Positions 56,138-64,000 of a stretch of DNA of 64,000 bases are shown here, piece by piece. This stretch comes from an uncultured virus (IMG/VR IMGVR_UViG_3300035668_000001). Its lineage: Duplodnaviria; Heunggongvirae; Uroviricota; Caudoviricetes. Location of the stretch: the IMG/VR virus record IMGVR_UViG_3300035668_000001. The stretch is one strand, 5' to 3'. Under the pieces are notes generated by a model. It was not told the DNA's origin. It saw nothing but the letters and a program-made list of their open reading frames with translations, and made no database searches. The translations under genes and the position numbers were made by a program. Position 1 is the first letter of the stretch. Each line of letters opens with the position of its first letter.

Positions 56138-56721
56138 ATGACTCCACACTCCAGGCCATCCGTGAGGGTCAATGCCCGGTCGGTCATGGGCCACTCGAGA
56201 AGGCCGGACTCGACAGGGACTACCGCTGGTGTCACGTATGCGCGGCGGGCTGGTCCGTATCGGGCAGGATCATCACGAAGCATGCGCATCGCCTCGGGTT
56301 CCCGCCAGAAGCCTCAGGGAGTCTGACCGACGAGCTGACGTCCACCGACCAGCTCACTCAGCGAATCACGGACGCCCTCGACAGGGCCGGGAAGCTGGCC
56401 AGCGAGGCGACTCCCGGACCGTGGCACCCGGAGCAGTGCGGCGACTATGGACAGAGGACGTGGCTGATCCCGGGAGTCCTCCGCGAGAGGTATGGGGACA
56501 ACGCGCTGAGCTTCGGCGAGGACGAGAGGGTCGCCAACTTCGTCGCATCGTGGTATCCGAACCGGGTTCTCATGCTGATCGCCGCAGAGCGGCGAGTGTT
56601 GGCCCGCCACAAGACGGTCAGCATCGACGGAATCTCCGCGTGCCTCAACTGCTGGCCCACGGCGCGACCCAACTGCGCAGAGCTGCTCGCACTCGCCGCC
56701 CGCTGGGGCGTGACCCCGTGA
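56134..56721 (+). CDS. Zn-ribbon + DUF6221-like protein
   Basis: ATPGPW, WYPNRVLMLIAAERRVLARH...CLNC...LAARWG. Confidence 0.55.
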   Translation: MNDSTLQAIREGQCPVGHGPLEKAGLDRDYRWCHVCAAGWSVSGRIITKHAHRLGFPPEASGSLTDELTSTDQLTQRITDALDRAGKLASEATPGPWHPEQCGDYGQRTWLIPGVLRERYGDNALSFGEDERVANFVASWYPNRVLMLIAAERRVLARHKTVSIDGISACLNCWPTARPNCAELLALAARWGVTP

Positions 56722-56927
56722 GCGCCCACATCACCCGCAGCGGCAGGTACAGCTGGCACGACGGGCGCCTCTCCGTCGAGTCCATCACCGCCTGGCGCCG
56801 CCTCCGCGCCGCCGACCGGCAACTCATCGACGACCACACCCTCTGCGGCTACTGCCTCGAGCCCCCGCCTCGGCACACGCCGCCCTGCCCCAGCCCGCGG
56901 AACCACGCCCAGAGGAGCGCGGCATGA
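56718..56927 (+). CDS. Hypothetical protein
   Basis: GTGA overlap. Confidence 0.5.
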   Translation: MSAHITRSGRYSWHDGRLSVESITAWRRLRAADRQLIDDHTLCGYCLEPPPRHTPPCPSPRNHAQRSAA

Positions 56928-57352
56928 CCATCACCACGACCCCGGACCTCGAACTTCTCGATGAGGTCTTCGATCACATCGACACACACCCGGAGGAACA
57001 CGACCAGGTGCACTGGATCTGCGGGACTACCGCCTGCATCGGAGGCCGCACCTGCCTGCTGCGAGGGTGGTCTCCGCTGCGTCCGAACGTTCCGAGGGTC
57101 ACCTGCGTCACGAAGAACGGCGAGATGCGGCACATCGGGGAGCTGAGCAGGGAACTCCTCCGCCTCGACAGGACGACCGCCAACAGACTGTTCTGCGCCG
57201 CGAACACCGTGGACGACCTACACCTGATCCAGAAGGAGATCCACGGCGGCCCGCGGGAGCTCCTTTCTTGGGAGCGCGCCGCGGAGCTGGACCGGGACCC
57301 AACCGACCCTGTGTGGGCCGACTGGGACCACGTCATGGGGGGAACCCGATGA
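56924..57352 (+). CDS. Hypothetical protein
   Basis: HDQVHWICGTTACIGG motif; GAGGAG RBS. Confidence 0.65.
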   Translation: MTITTTPDLELLDEVFDHIDTHPEEHDQVHWICGTTACIGGRTCLLRGWSPLRPNVPRVTCVTKNGEMRHIGELSRELLRLDRTTANRLFCAANTVDDLHLIQKEIHGGPRELLSWERAAELDRDPTDPVWADWDHVMGGTR

Positions 57353-57594
57353 CGAACGGATCCGCGCCAGAGCTCTCGCCGACGCGCCACCCCGGCTGCC
57401 CGTACCACGACCGGTCCGCGCCCCACGGCGTGGTCGACGGCCTCCCGCAAGCCACCAACGGGACCCGCCGGATGCGCGCCCCGACCTGCGCGTGTGGCGG
57501 GAGCTGCCTCTGTCACGTCCTGCCGCCGGTACCCGGACGCTGCCACCACTGCCCCGAGGACACCACCAGCCACAGAGGAGCGCACCGTGGATGA
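57349..57594 (+). CDS. Small Cys-rich protein
   Basis: ATGA overlap. Confidence 0.45.
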   Translation: MTNGSAPELSPTRHPGCPYHDRSAPHGVVDGLPQATNGTRRMRAPTCACGGSCLCHVLPPVPGRCHHCPEDTTSHRGAHRG

Positions 57595-57847
57595 GCCCCG
57601 GCGTGACCCGTGGGAAGGCGTCAAGAGCCCATTCGACGCTGAGGTGATCGGCCCTGGCGACCCCGGCTGGGAAGTCCTCCGGCTTGCGATGGCCACCGGG
57701 CAGCCCGTCATCGGTGAGTACGACCCAGACACGGGGGAAGTCGTGTCGGTCCGAGTGGTCGGCCCGGACGAAGCACCGCCACCGCCGGTACGGCGGAGAA
57801 CGTTGTGGTGGGCACAACTGCGGCGCGCGCTCGGTGGTACCAAGTGA
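57587..57847 (+). CDS. Hypothetical protein
   Basis: GAGGAG RBS. Confidence 0.55.
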   Translation: MDEPRRDPWEGVKSPFDAEVIGPGDPGWEVLRLAMATGQPVIGEYDPDTGEVVSVRVVGPDEAPPPPVRRRTLWWAQLRRALGGTK

Positions 57848-58473
57848 CCGCACCGTGGGCCACGGACGGTGAGGTGCGGCGACTTGCCGAACTCGCGACC
57901 TGTGACCGCCGGTGCGACGACCAGTCGGTACACGGCGGCGGATGCATCCCCAAGGCGCGAGCGCTGGCGGACAAGATCGCGCCCGTGGTGGCTGACCGCG
58001 AGAAGGAGGCCCGCGAAGACGAACGGCGCCACCTCGGCGACGAAGCACGGGAGCTGCACCTGGACGGTGCCCCCCCGCCCCGCCATTGGGGATTCGTCTC
58101 TACGTGGATCACCCTCGACGACTCCGCCGGCGCGGTGTACCCCTACTTCCGGTCGCTGGGTATGCCGGTCGGCGACATCAAGGGCGCACTCGACACCGTC
58201 GCGGCGTACATGCAGTCCGGCAAGGGCGCACTTGACGTCGTCACGGCGTACATACAGTCCGGCAGCGCCCTGGCCGACGCATTGGCGGAAGTCGAGCGAC
58301 TGGGGGAGCAGCTCGACGACTGCAACGACGAACTGTCCCACGCACGTGCCGTCAAGGCGTCGGCGTGGGACGAGGGCTACGAAGCGGCCGTCCACGACAT
58401 CGCGAACCGGCACACCCCGACGTCGAACCCGTACCGCGCCGATTCCCGGGAAGGCGGAGGAGATCGCCGATGA
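57844..58473 (+). CDS. Hypothetical protein with internal 14-aa duplication
   Basis: GTGA overlap; AWDEGY...NPYR tail. Confidence 0.6.
   Translation: MTAPWATDGEVRRLAELATCDRRCDDQSVHGGGCIPKARALADKIAPVVADREKEAREDERRHLGDEARELHLDGAPPPRHWGFVSTWITLDDSAGAVYPYFRSLGMPVGDIKGALDTVAAYMQSGKGALDVVTAYIQSGSALADALAEVERLGEQLDDCNDELSHARAVKASAWDEGYEAAVHDIANRHTPTSNPYRADSREGGGDRR
58180..58263 (+). repeat. 42-bp tandem duplication
   Basis: KGALDTVAAYMQSG / KGALDVVTAYIQSG. Confidence 0.8.
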
Positions 58474-58907
58474 TCCGCACCGACCGGTTCCGCATCTCCG
58501 CCCGCCCGTACGCCGTCGACCTGCCCACCCTCAAGGTCGGCGACCCGTACGCCCGCCACGACGGCACCCCGGTGTACCGGTGCTTGATCCGGGCCGCGTG
58601 GTTCCGGCGCAAAGGAGGCCGTCTCAGCGCGCTGGCCGGAACCCTGTGGGACCACCAAGGTCCCGCGCCGGCGGACGGGCGCGCGTTCCTGACCGCGCTC
58701 ACCGACGGCCGGTACGGCGGGGCCGCGGTCGCCCGCTGGGACGGCAGCAACTTGTGGGCCCCGCAGATGCACCGCGACGACCAGGAGGCGTACTACGCGC
58801 TACTGGGTCCGATGCTCGACGCCTTCCCCGCGATCCCGGACGGCTTCGACGGCTGGTGGACGTTCGTCGGCCCCGTCACCACCCACGAAGGAGACACCGC
58901 GTCATGA
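58470..58907 (+). CDS. Hypothetical protein
   Basis: GGAGGAG RBS. Confidence 0.65.
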   Translation: MIRTDRFRISARPYAVDLPTLKVGDPYARHDGTPVYRCLIRAAWFRRKGGRLSALAGTLWDHQGPAPADGRAFLTALTDGRYGGAAVARWDGSNLWAPQMHRDDQEAYYALLGPMLDAFPAIPDGFDGWWTFVGPVTTHEGDTAS

Positions 58908-59236
58908 CCGAGCCCAGCAGGTACCGCACCAGGCCGGTCGAAGTCGAGGCCGTGCAGTTCGACGGCACCGCCGAGTCCGGTGCGCGGGTGGTCGAGTGGA
59001 TCCGTAGCAACGGCGGTCAGGCGCTTACCGCGAGCGTCGGGTACGGCGACAAACGCCGTCCCGGGGTGTGGGTCCAGACGGCGTCCGGGCGGCCTCGCGT
59101 GAGCCGGGGATGGGTGGTCGTCCGGGACATCGACCAGGGCGAGTTTTCCGTGTGCCAGCTCGGCGTCTTCGCGAGACGGTACGAACCCGCCGACACCCCG
59201 GTCGCGACAGGTGACGTACGGGAGACCACCCCATGA
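58904..59236 (+). CDS. Hypothetical phage protein
   Basis: YRTRPVEVEAVQFDG...F.RRYE motif common in phage proteins; AAGGAG RBS. Confidence 0.65.
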   Translation: MTEPSRYRTRPVEVEAVQFDGTAESGARVVEWIRSNGGQALTASVGYGDKRRPGVWVQTASGRPRVSRGWVVVRDIDQGEFSVCQLGVFARRYEPADTPVATGDVRETTP

Positions 59237-59469
59237 GCGCGGCATATGTGCGGTGCTACTACCGCGTCCCGGCAAAGCGTGGCACGCGCGTGATCGCGGA
59301 CGGGAAACCGGGCACCATCGTCAGCTTCCCCGGGAAGTACATCGGGGTCCGCCTCGACGGTGAGACGCGGGTGGGTCGTTGGCACCCGACGTGGCGCATC
59401 GACTACCTCGACGAGAGCGGGGCGGTCGTGTTCGCCAGCCCCGGCGACGCTGACGAGGTGACCCGGTGA
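59233..59469 (+). CDS. Hypothetical phage protein
   Basis: YYRVPAKRG...HPTWRIDY. Confidence 0.65.
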   Translation: MSAAYVRCYYRVPAKRGTRVIADGKPGTIVSFPGKYIGVRLDGETRVGRWHPTWRIDYLDESGAVVFASPGDADEVTR

Positions 59470-59732
59470 CCGCGCCGACACCGAAGCTGGACGAGGTCTG
59501 CCGGCGGTTCGGCAGACCAGACATCAACTACTTCTTGCCGAACCGGCAGTACCGCGTGTGGCTCCACGGATGGCACGTGCACAGAACACGCGCGTCGTAC
59601 GGCAGTGCCTGCGGATACGGGCCCACCCTCGAGGCCGCCGCCGAGCGGCTCTTGGAGAGCGTCGAGAAGCACGGCATCCGGCGGTCGGGGCACTGTTCCC
59701 GCGGCTGCCCCGACTACGTGGACGACCTGTGA
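59466..59732 (+). CDS. Hypothetical protein
   Basis: GTGA overlap. Confidence 0.55.
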   Translation: MTAPTPKLDEVCRRFGRPDINYFLPNRQYRVWLHGWHVHRTRASYGSACGYGPTLEAAAERLLESVEKHGIRRSGHCSRGCPDYVDDL

Positions 59733-60703
59733 TGGCCGCGCCGACGCCGGGCACACCGGCAACCGCCTGGTACAGCCCGGCTCTGCTGTCGGCCGTGGAG
59801 ATGATCCTCGACTCGCAGGACATCCCCACACTCGTGGAACACCGCGAAGGAGACAGTTCCGCCATGCCGTGGGCACGCGCCGTGCTCGATGCCGCTACCG
59901 AAGAGGTGGCTGCCCGCGAGGCGGTGGCACGCGCCGAGCGGGACGAGGAGAGCGACGCCTTGCGGACCCGAATGGCGAATCTGCTGTCCGACACCGCTGA
60001 CGCGTTGAAGGGCGACCCGGGTCCACTGAGGGCGCATGACTGGTCCGACCTGCCCCGCGTTGCTGCGGGGCTCATGCAGGCACGAGCGGCGGCCGAACAG
60101 CGAGGAGCCGACGCGGCTCTGGCTGTCTTCGGCCGGATGTGGTCTGACCCGAACTGGAACGGCCAGGTCAGCCTGGGATTCGCTGCCAGTTTCGCGCAGG
60201 AGCTTCATGAAGGGCTCCGCACCGACGGGTTCCCTGCCGTAGGCGCGGAGCTGAGTTGCTGCGCCGACTGCCGCCAGCCCTACACGGTCTGGTACGCCGA
60301 CGTCGACCTGTGGAACGCCGTGATGCGACCCAACGGCGAACAGCAAGGCGAGCCGTTCCTGTGCGCTCGGTGCTTCCTCGTCCGTGCCGAACCGGTCTCC
60401 GAGTTCGCCGAGGTCACCTGGCCCCAGTACCCGTCGCGACGTGACCGCACCCGCGTCGCCGACCTCCTCCGGCAGGTCGCCGACCTCACCACCGAGCGGG
60501 ACGCACTGCGGCGGCAGGTCGACGCCGTGAAGGCGCATCGGATTGCCGGGTCCGGGATCTCGGATCGCACCTGCGGCATCCACTGTGCGTGCGGCGCCGA
60601 GTTCGACAGCGGCACATGGGGCGAGGCCCTTGTGGAATGGGCAGCCCACTTCGACAGCCTCGCCCACGGCGGCGCGGACCTCGACACCGACGAGAGGCGC
60701 TGA
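59732..60703 (+). CDS. Mosaic hypothetical protein with Zn-binding modules
   Basis: HDWSDLP, CADC...LCARCF, CACG modules. Confidence 0.6.
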   Translation: MAAPTPGTPATAWYSPALLSAVEMILDSQDIPTLVEHREGDSSAMPWARAVLDAATEEVAAREAVARAERDEESDALRTRMANLLSDTADALKGDPGPLRAHDWSDLPRVAAGLMQARAAAEQRGADAALAVFGRMWSDPNWNGQVSLGFAASFAQELHEGLRTDGFPAVGAELSCCADCRQPYTVWYADVDLWNAVMRPNGEQQGEPFLCARCFLVRAEPVSEFAEVTWPQYPSRRDRTRVADLLRQVADLTTERDALRRQVDAVKAHRIAGSGISDRTCGIHCACGAEFDSGTWGEALVEWAAHFDSLAHGGADLDTDERR

Positions 60704-60705
60704 AC

Positions 60706-61206
60706 ATGGCAGGCGACACCGTCATCACCGTCGTCGGGAACCTGACCGACGACCCCGAGCTCCGCTTCACCCCGTCGGGTGCGGCCGTCTCCAACTTCAC
60801 GATCGCGTCCACACCCCGCATGTTCGACAAGGCCACGAACGAGTGGAAGGACGGCTCCGCGCTGTTCCTCCGCTGCTCGATCTGGCGGCAGGCCGCGGAG
60901 AACGTCGCCGAGACGCTCACCCGTGGCGCGCGCGTCATCGCTCAAGGGCGGCTCGTCCAACGCTCGTACGAGACGCGCGAAGGCGAAAAACGCACGGTTG
61001 TGGAGTTACAGGTCGACGAGATCGGCCCTAGTCTCCGATATGCAACCGCGAAGGTGACGAAGGCGACTCGTTCCGACGCTAGCGGCGGCGGCGGTGGCGG
61101 GTTCGGAAGTTCCGGAAGCACCGGGCAAAGGAAGGCACAGGACGACCCGTGGGCAACATCGCCGGCCACCGCCGGGGGTTCACCGTCCGATGAGCCCCCG
61201 TTCTAG
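60706..61206 (+). CDS. ssb: Single-stranded DNA-binding protein
   Basis: [25 protein letters not shown]...DEPPF, actinobacterial SSB. Confidence 0.97.
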   Translation: MAGDTVITVVGNLTDDPELRFTPSGAAVSNFTIASTPRMFDKATNEWKDGSALFLRCSIWRQAAENVAETLTRGARVIAQGRLVQRSYETREGEKRTVVELQVDEIGPSLRYATAKVTKATRSDASGGGGGGFGSSGSTGQRKAQDDPWATSPATAGGSPSDEPPF

Positions 61207-61255
61207 CCGGACCGCCCCCATGGGTACTACCGGTGTCGCGAAGGAGTGACCGTCC

Positions 61256-61552
61256 ATGCAGCAGCACGGAACGACGGAGGAGGACCCGCTCGAACAGCTT
61301 CGTGATGCTGCGGCTGAGGTGGCGGAACGGCACGGTGCATGGAAGGAGGCGGTCCGTCAAAGGGACCGCCTCCTTCGCAAGCTCCGGAAGGCGGGAGTCG
61401 CCGGTGTCGACTGCGCCCGCGCCGCCGGCGTCTCGGATGCCTTCGTCTCGAAGATCGCGGGGACACGCCGCACCCGCAAACCGGGGGGTATCCGGCGACT
61501 CCGGCCCCGGCGCCGCGACATGACGGCCGACCTCGAGGGAGATTCCCCGTGA
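61256..61552 (+). CDS. HTH-like protein
   Basis: AAGGAG RBS; GVDCARAAGVSDAFVSKI. Confidence 0.6.
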   Translation: MQQHGTTEEDPLEQLRDAAAEVAERHGAWKEAVRQRDRLLRKLRKAGVAGVDCARAAGVSDAFVSKIAGTRRTRKPGGIRRLRPRRRDMTADLEGDSP

Positions 61553-61732
61553 CGTGGATCCGCGCCCTGCTCGACTTCGCCCACCGCCTGCCCTGGCCCG
61601 GCCCGTTCACCCGGCCTGTCCACAGCCACCGGCACCCTCCCGGCCGGCACCGCCGCGAGGTGGGGGACGCACGTCGATGGTGACGCCGATCCGCCCGGGA
61701 CGTTAGACCTACTACTGGTCCACCGTGTCCCC

Positions 61733-62020
61733 GTGGATCTGAGCGAGATGGCGGGCGAGTGGGACGCGGCCGAGGTCCGCGCCGCCGCCCGGCCGTGGTG
61801 GCGGCGCTGGTTGTCCCGCGACCCGTACGTCATGTGGTGGCCGTGCCGCCCCACGATCCTCGGGCAGACGGGGAAGCCGGTGACCCGCGGGGGCCAACCG
61901 TTGGTCGCGTTCCGGTTGTCGCAGGTCCGCGGGATGCGTGCCTACTTCCGGGCCGCGGTCCGGGACGACGAAGGCATCGACCCGGACCGGGACGTTACGC
62001 ACGGCGCCGGGACAAGGTGA
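61733..62020 (+). CDS. Hypothetical protein
   Basis: ORF; start uncertain. Confidence 0.4.
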   Translation: MDLSEMAGEWDAAEVRAAARPWWRRWLSRDPYVMWWPCRPTILGQTGKPVTRGGQPLVAFRLSQVRGMRAYFRAAVRDDEGIDPDRDVTHGAGTR

Positions 62021-62044
62021 CCGTGCGCCGCCCCCGTCTACTGC

Positions 62045-62091
62045 ACAACCCCGTGTACGCTGGCCCCCGCCGGTGGGTGAGCGACCCCGCC
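62045..62091 (+). promoter_or_regulatory. Conserved promoter variant + AGCGAC hairpin
   Basis: ACAACCCCGTG-TACGCT; GGTGGG-tgAGCGAC-CCCGCC. Confidence 0.65.
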
Positions 62092-62123
62092 CGGCGCCCG
62101 ATCCGACCGAGGAAGTGACTGCC

Positions 62124-62249
62124 GTGTCCGACCCGACACGCGAGTGCCCAGACGTGGATGTCCCCGACGATGTCCCTGGCGACGATCCGCGCCCCGACGA
62201 CGTCGAAGACAAGGACCACCCGGCCGCTGCGGACCGCGAGATCAAATGA
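62124..62249 (+). CDS. Tiny acidic protein
   Basis: GAGGA RBS; ATGA overlap with next gene. Confidence 0.4.
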   Translation: MSDPTRECPDVDVPDDVPGDDPRPDDVEDKDHPAAADREIK

Positions 62250-62743
62250 CCGACCCGCGAGTGTCCACTCTGCGTGGCACCCGATGCCCCGAATGCGACG
62301 AACGGATCGACTACATCGGCGACGGCGTCGAGTCCGTCGACCCGGTCACGTTCCAGCAGATTTTCACGTGCCACCCGTGCGGGCATCGCAGCGACCGGGA
62401 GCACGCCTTGTACGCGCACCACATCGGGATACGGGTACACGTGCCGAAGGTGTCCGCGGCCGCGATCGTCGCCGCCGAGCAGGCGCGGGCCCGCGCGAAG
62501 GGCCACTCGCCGGAAGACGACGCGGCCCTCCCCGACGGGGTCCTGTCGTGGGCGTTGTGGTGCCTGACCGACGCGGCCCGTAAGGACGCGTCGCCGTCCC
62601 CGGATCCGCCGACCGCGTGGCCCGCCGAGCTCGGCCCCGAACGGTGGCCTTCCGCGGAGCCGTCGATCCGCAAGCTCGTCATCGCCCTCGCGTACGGGCT
62701 GTCCGAACTCGACAAGCGGCTAGCTGCGGGGGAGACGCCGTGA
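62246..62743 (+). CDS. Hypothetical protein (Zn ribbon + AEQARARAKGHSPEDD domain)
   Basis: CPEC...CHPC; C-terminal domain like phage AERxRQ..GW..EHDD proteins. Confidence 0.6.
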   Translation: MTDPRVSTLRGTRCPECDERIDYIGDGVESVDPVTFQQIFTCHPCGHRSDREHALYAHHIGIRVHVPKVSAAAIVAAEQARARAKGHSPEDDAALPDGVLSWALWCLTDAARKDASPSPDPPTAWPAELGPERWPSAEPSIRKLVIALAYGLSELDKRLAAGETP

Positions 62744-62961
62744 GCTACCCGGGGCCCGCCACCATCACCTTGAACACCACCGACCTGCCCGCCGTCGAGG
62801 CGTTGCGGGGCCTGAGGGCCCGGGTCGTCATCGCCGGCCGCGTCATCGGCACGGTCCTCGTCACCGATGTCACCTCCGGTGACCCGGGTGAAGTGCTGGT
62901 CACCTTCGCGATGCCCGTCCGTACTGTGCACGCCGTCTTCGACACCGAAGGATCGACATGA
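62740..62961 (+). CDS. Hypothetical protein
   Basis: GTGA overlap. Confidence 0.55.
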   Translation: MSYPGPATITLNTTDLPAVEALRGLRARVVIAGRVIGTVLVTDVTSGDPGEVLVTFAMPVRTVHAVFDTEGST

Positions 62962-63440
62962 CTTACATGGCTGAGGCCCGTGCCCTCCCGGAGCCTGTGT
63001 TCGTCGCGTGCGTTGTCCGCGCCGTCCCCGCATCCGGCCCCCCGTCCGTCCCCGCACCCGGCCTCCCGTCCGTGTCAAGTGACGCCTATGACGTCTGTGA
63101 GCGGATGGTCTTCGCGGCCTTCGACGGCAAGGTCGTCGACTACGTGACCGACGTGACCATCTCGCCGGAGGTCGACGACAGCGACATCTCGTGGTCCCTG
63201 GTTCGCAGCGTTGTACGGCATCCGGTGCGGGAGGTGCAGATGACCCTCGGCATCGACCCGAGGTACGTGGTCGTCACCGACTCGCCGAACGCGCTGTCGA
63301 CTGTCCTCGAGTGCGCCATCCTCGAGGACGGCGCACTCGAGGACGACCCGGAAGTGGACGCGCGGCAGCTCGCCGACCGTCTCGTCGCCGCCATCCTCGA
63401 CCACTTCGTCCAGCGTGGCGCGCTCCCGGACCCGTCGTGA
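62958..63440 (+). CDS. Hypothetical protein
   Basis: ATGA overlap. Confidence 0.55.
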   Translation: MTYMAEARALPEPVFVACVVRAVPASGPPSVPAPGLPSVSSDAYDVCERMVFAAFDGKVVDYVTDVTISPEVDDSDISWSLVRSVVRHPVREVQMTLGIDPRYVVVTDSPNALSTVLECAILEDGALEDDPEVDARQLADRLVAAILDHFVQRGALPDPS

Positions 63441-63682
63441 TCCCCGTCCGGGTACCCCGCGACATGGCCCCCACCCTCGCCAACGACCGGGTGTGGGATC
63501 TCGCGGACAGACCAGACCAACCGGTTCACGGCACCGAATGCCTGGCGTGCGGACAGCCGATGACCGGCAAGATCGTTCTCGTGTACGTCGGCCGCGAACC
63601 GGATGGCCGGGTCGACGGGTGGACCACCGGGACCGCGGTCCCCGTCCACCAGGCGTGTGCACGCCCCGGGGGGCCGGAGTGA
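63437..63682 (+). CDS. Small Zn-finger protein
   Basis: CLAC...HQAC; GTGA overlap. Confidence 0.55.
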   Translation: MIPVRVPRDMAPTLANDRVWDLADRPDQPVHGTECLACGQPMTGKIVLVYVGREPDGRVDGWTTGTAVPVHQACARPGGPE

Positions 63683-64000
63683 ACACCCGGCAAGCGTTCG
63701 CCCTCGCGCACCCGTTGAACCGCGCCATCGGCGACTTGCGCCCGTACCAGCGGGTGCGGGAACACCCCAACGGGCTGCTGATCATGACCGTGCTGGCGGT
63801 GGACCGTTGAAACCGAATCAACGACGGGCTGCCCGTGTGGCACCTGTCGGTGAGCGTCTGGTCCAGGCGCCGAGTGAAACGGAACCGGCCCGCCCTCGCC
63901 GAGCGGGAGGCCGTCAAACTACTCCGCGGCGTCGGCGGCGACCGCGAATGGTGGACGTGGAACGAGGACGTGCTCATCGGCCACTTGCGGGTCGCCGTCA
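63679..64000 (+). pseudogene. Hypothetical gene interrupted by in-frame TGA (63808-63810), runs off the window
   Basis: Frame continues NRINDGLPVWHLSVSVW...LLRGVGGDREWW after the stop. Confidence 0.4.

Noticed and set aside
1..64000. CRISPR array
   Set aside because: The recurring motifs are dispersed, one per intergenic region, not regularly spaced repeats with unique spacers; no cas operon
1..64000. Integrase, transposase, relaxase or reverse transcriptase
   Set aside because: No tyrosine or serine recombinase, DDE, HUH or YxDD RT motifs recognised in the ORF track; a highly divergent one cannot be excluded without HMM searches

Overview
High-GC window from an actinobacterial tailed phage or phage-plasmid; genes lie mostly on the + strand and are coupled by ATGA/GTGA overlaps. 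Left to right: end of a siphovirus tail module (tape measure C-terminus, Dit-like, two minor tail proteins); membrane/holin-like genes; a recombination and DNA-metabolism block (PD-(D/E)XK exonuclease, Gp3/RDF-like protein, DUF5131, two C5 cytosine methyltransferases, SNF2 helicase, HTH replication-type protein, HNH); a Gram-positive-type conjugation module (pilin-like, VirB3/TcpE-like, VirB4 ATPase, VirB6-like, VirB8-like, M23 wall hydrolase, DUF2637, FtsK-type ATPase); a 7-deazaguanine cluster (ParB-N fused to a divergent TGT-like domain, queF, queC, queD, Cys-rich unknown, queE, folE); a terminase-small-subunit-like gene; and about 20 kb of small accessory genes including a LysM cell-wall hydrolase and ssb. 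Two dispersed regulatory elements were found by reading the DNA: about 17 sigma70-type promoters sharing a TAAACCCCRTG box just before the -10, and about 20 leader hairpins with variable but complementary stems and a near-invariant AGCGAC loop. No integrase, relaxase, large terminase, portal, capsid, rRNA or CRISPR array was recognised. All family assignments come from motif recognition by eye; no database search was run.
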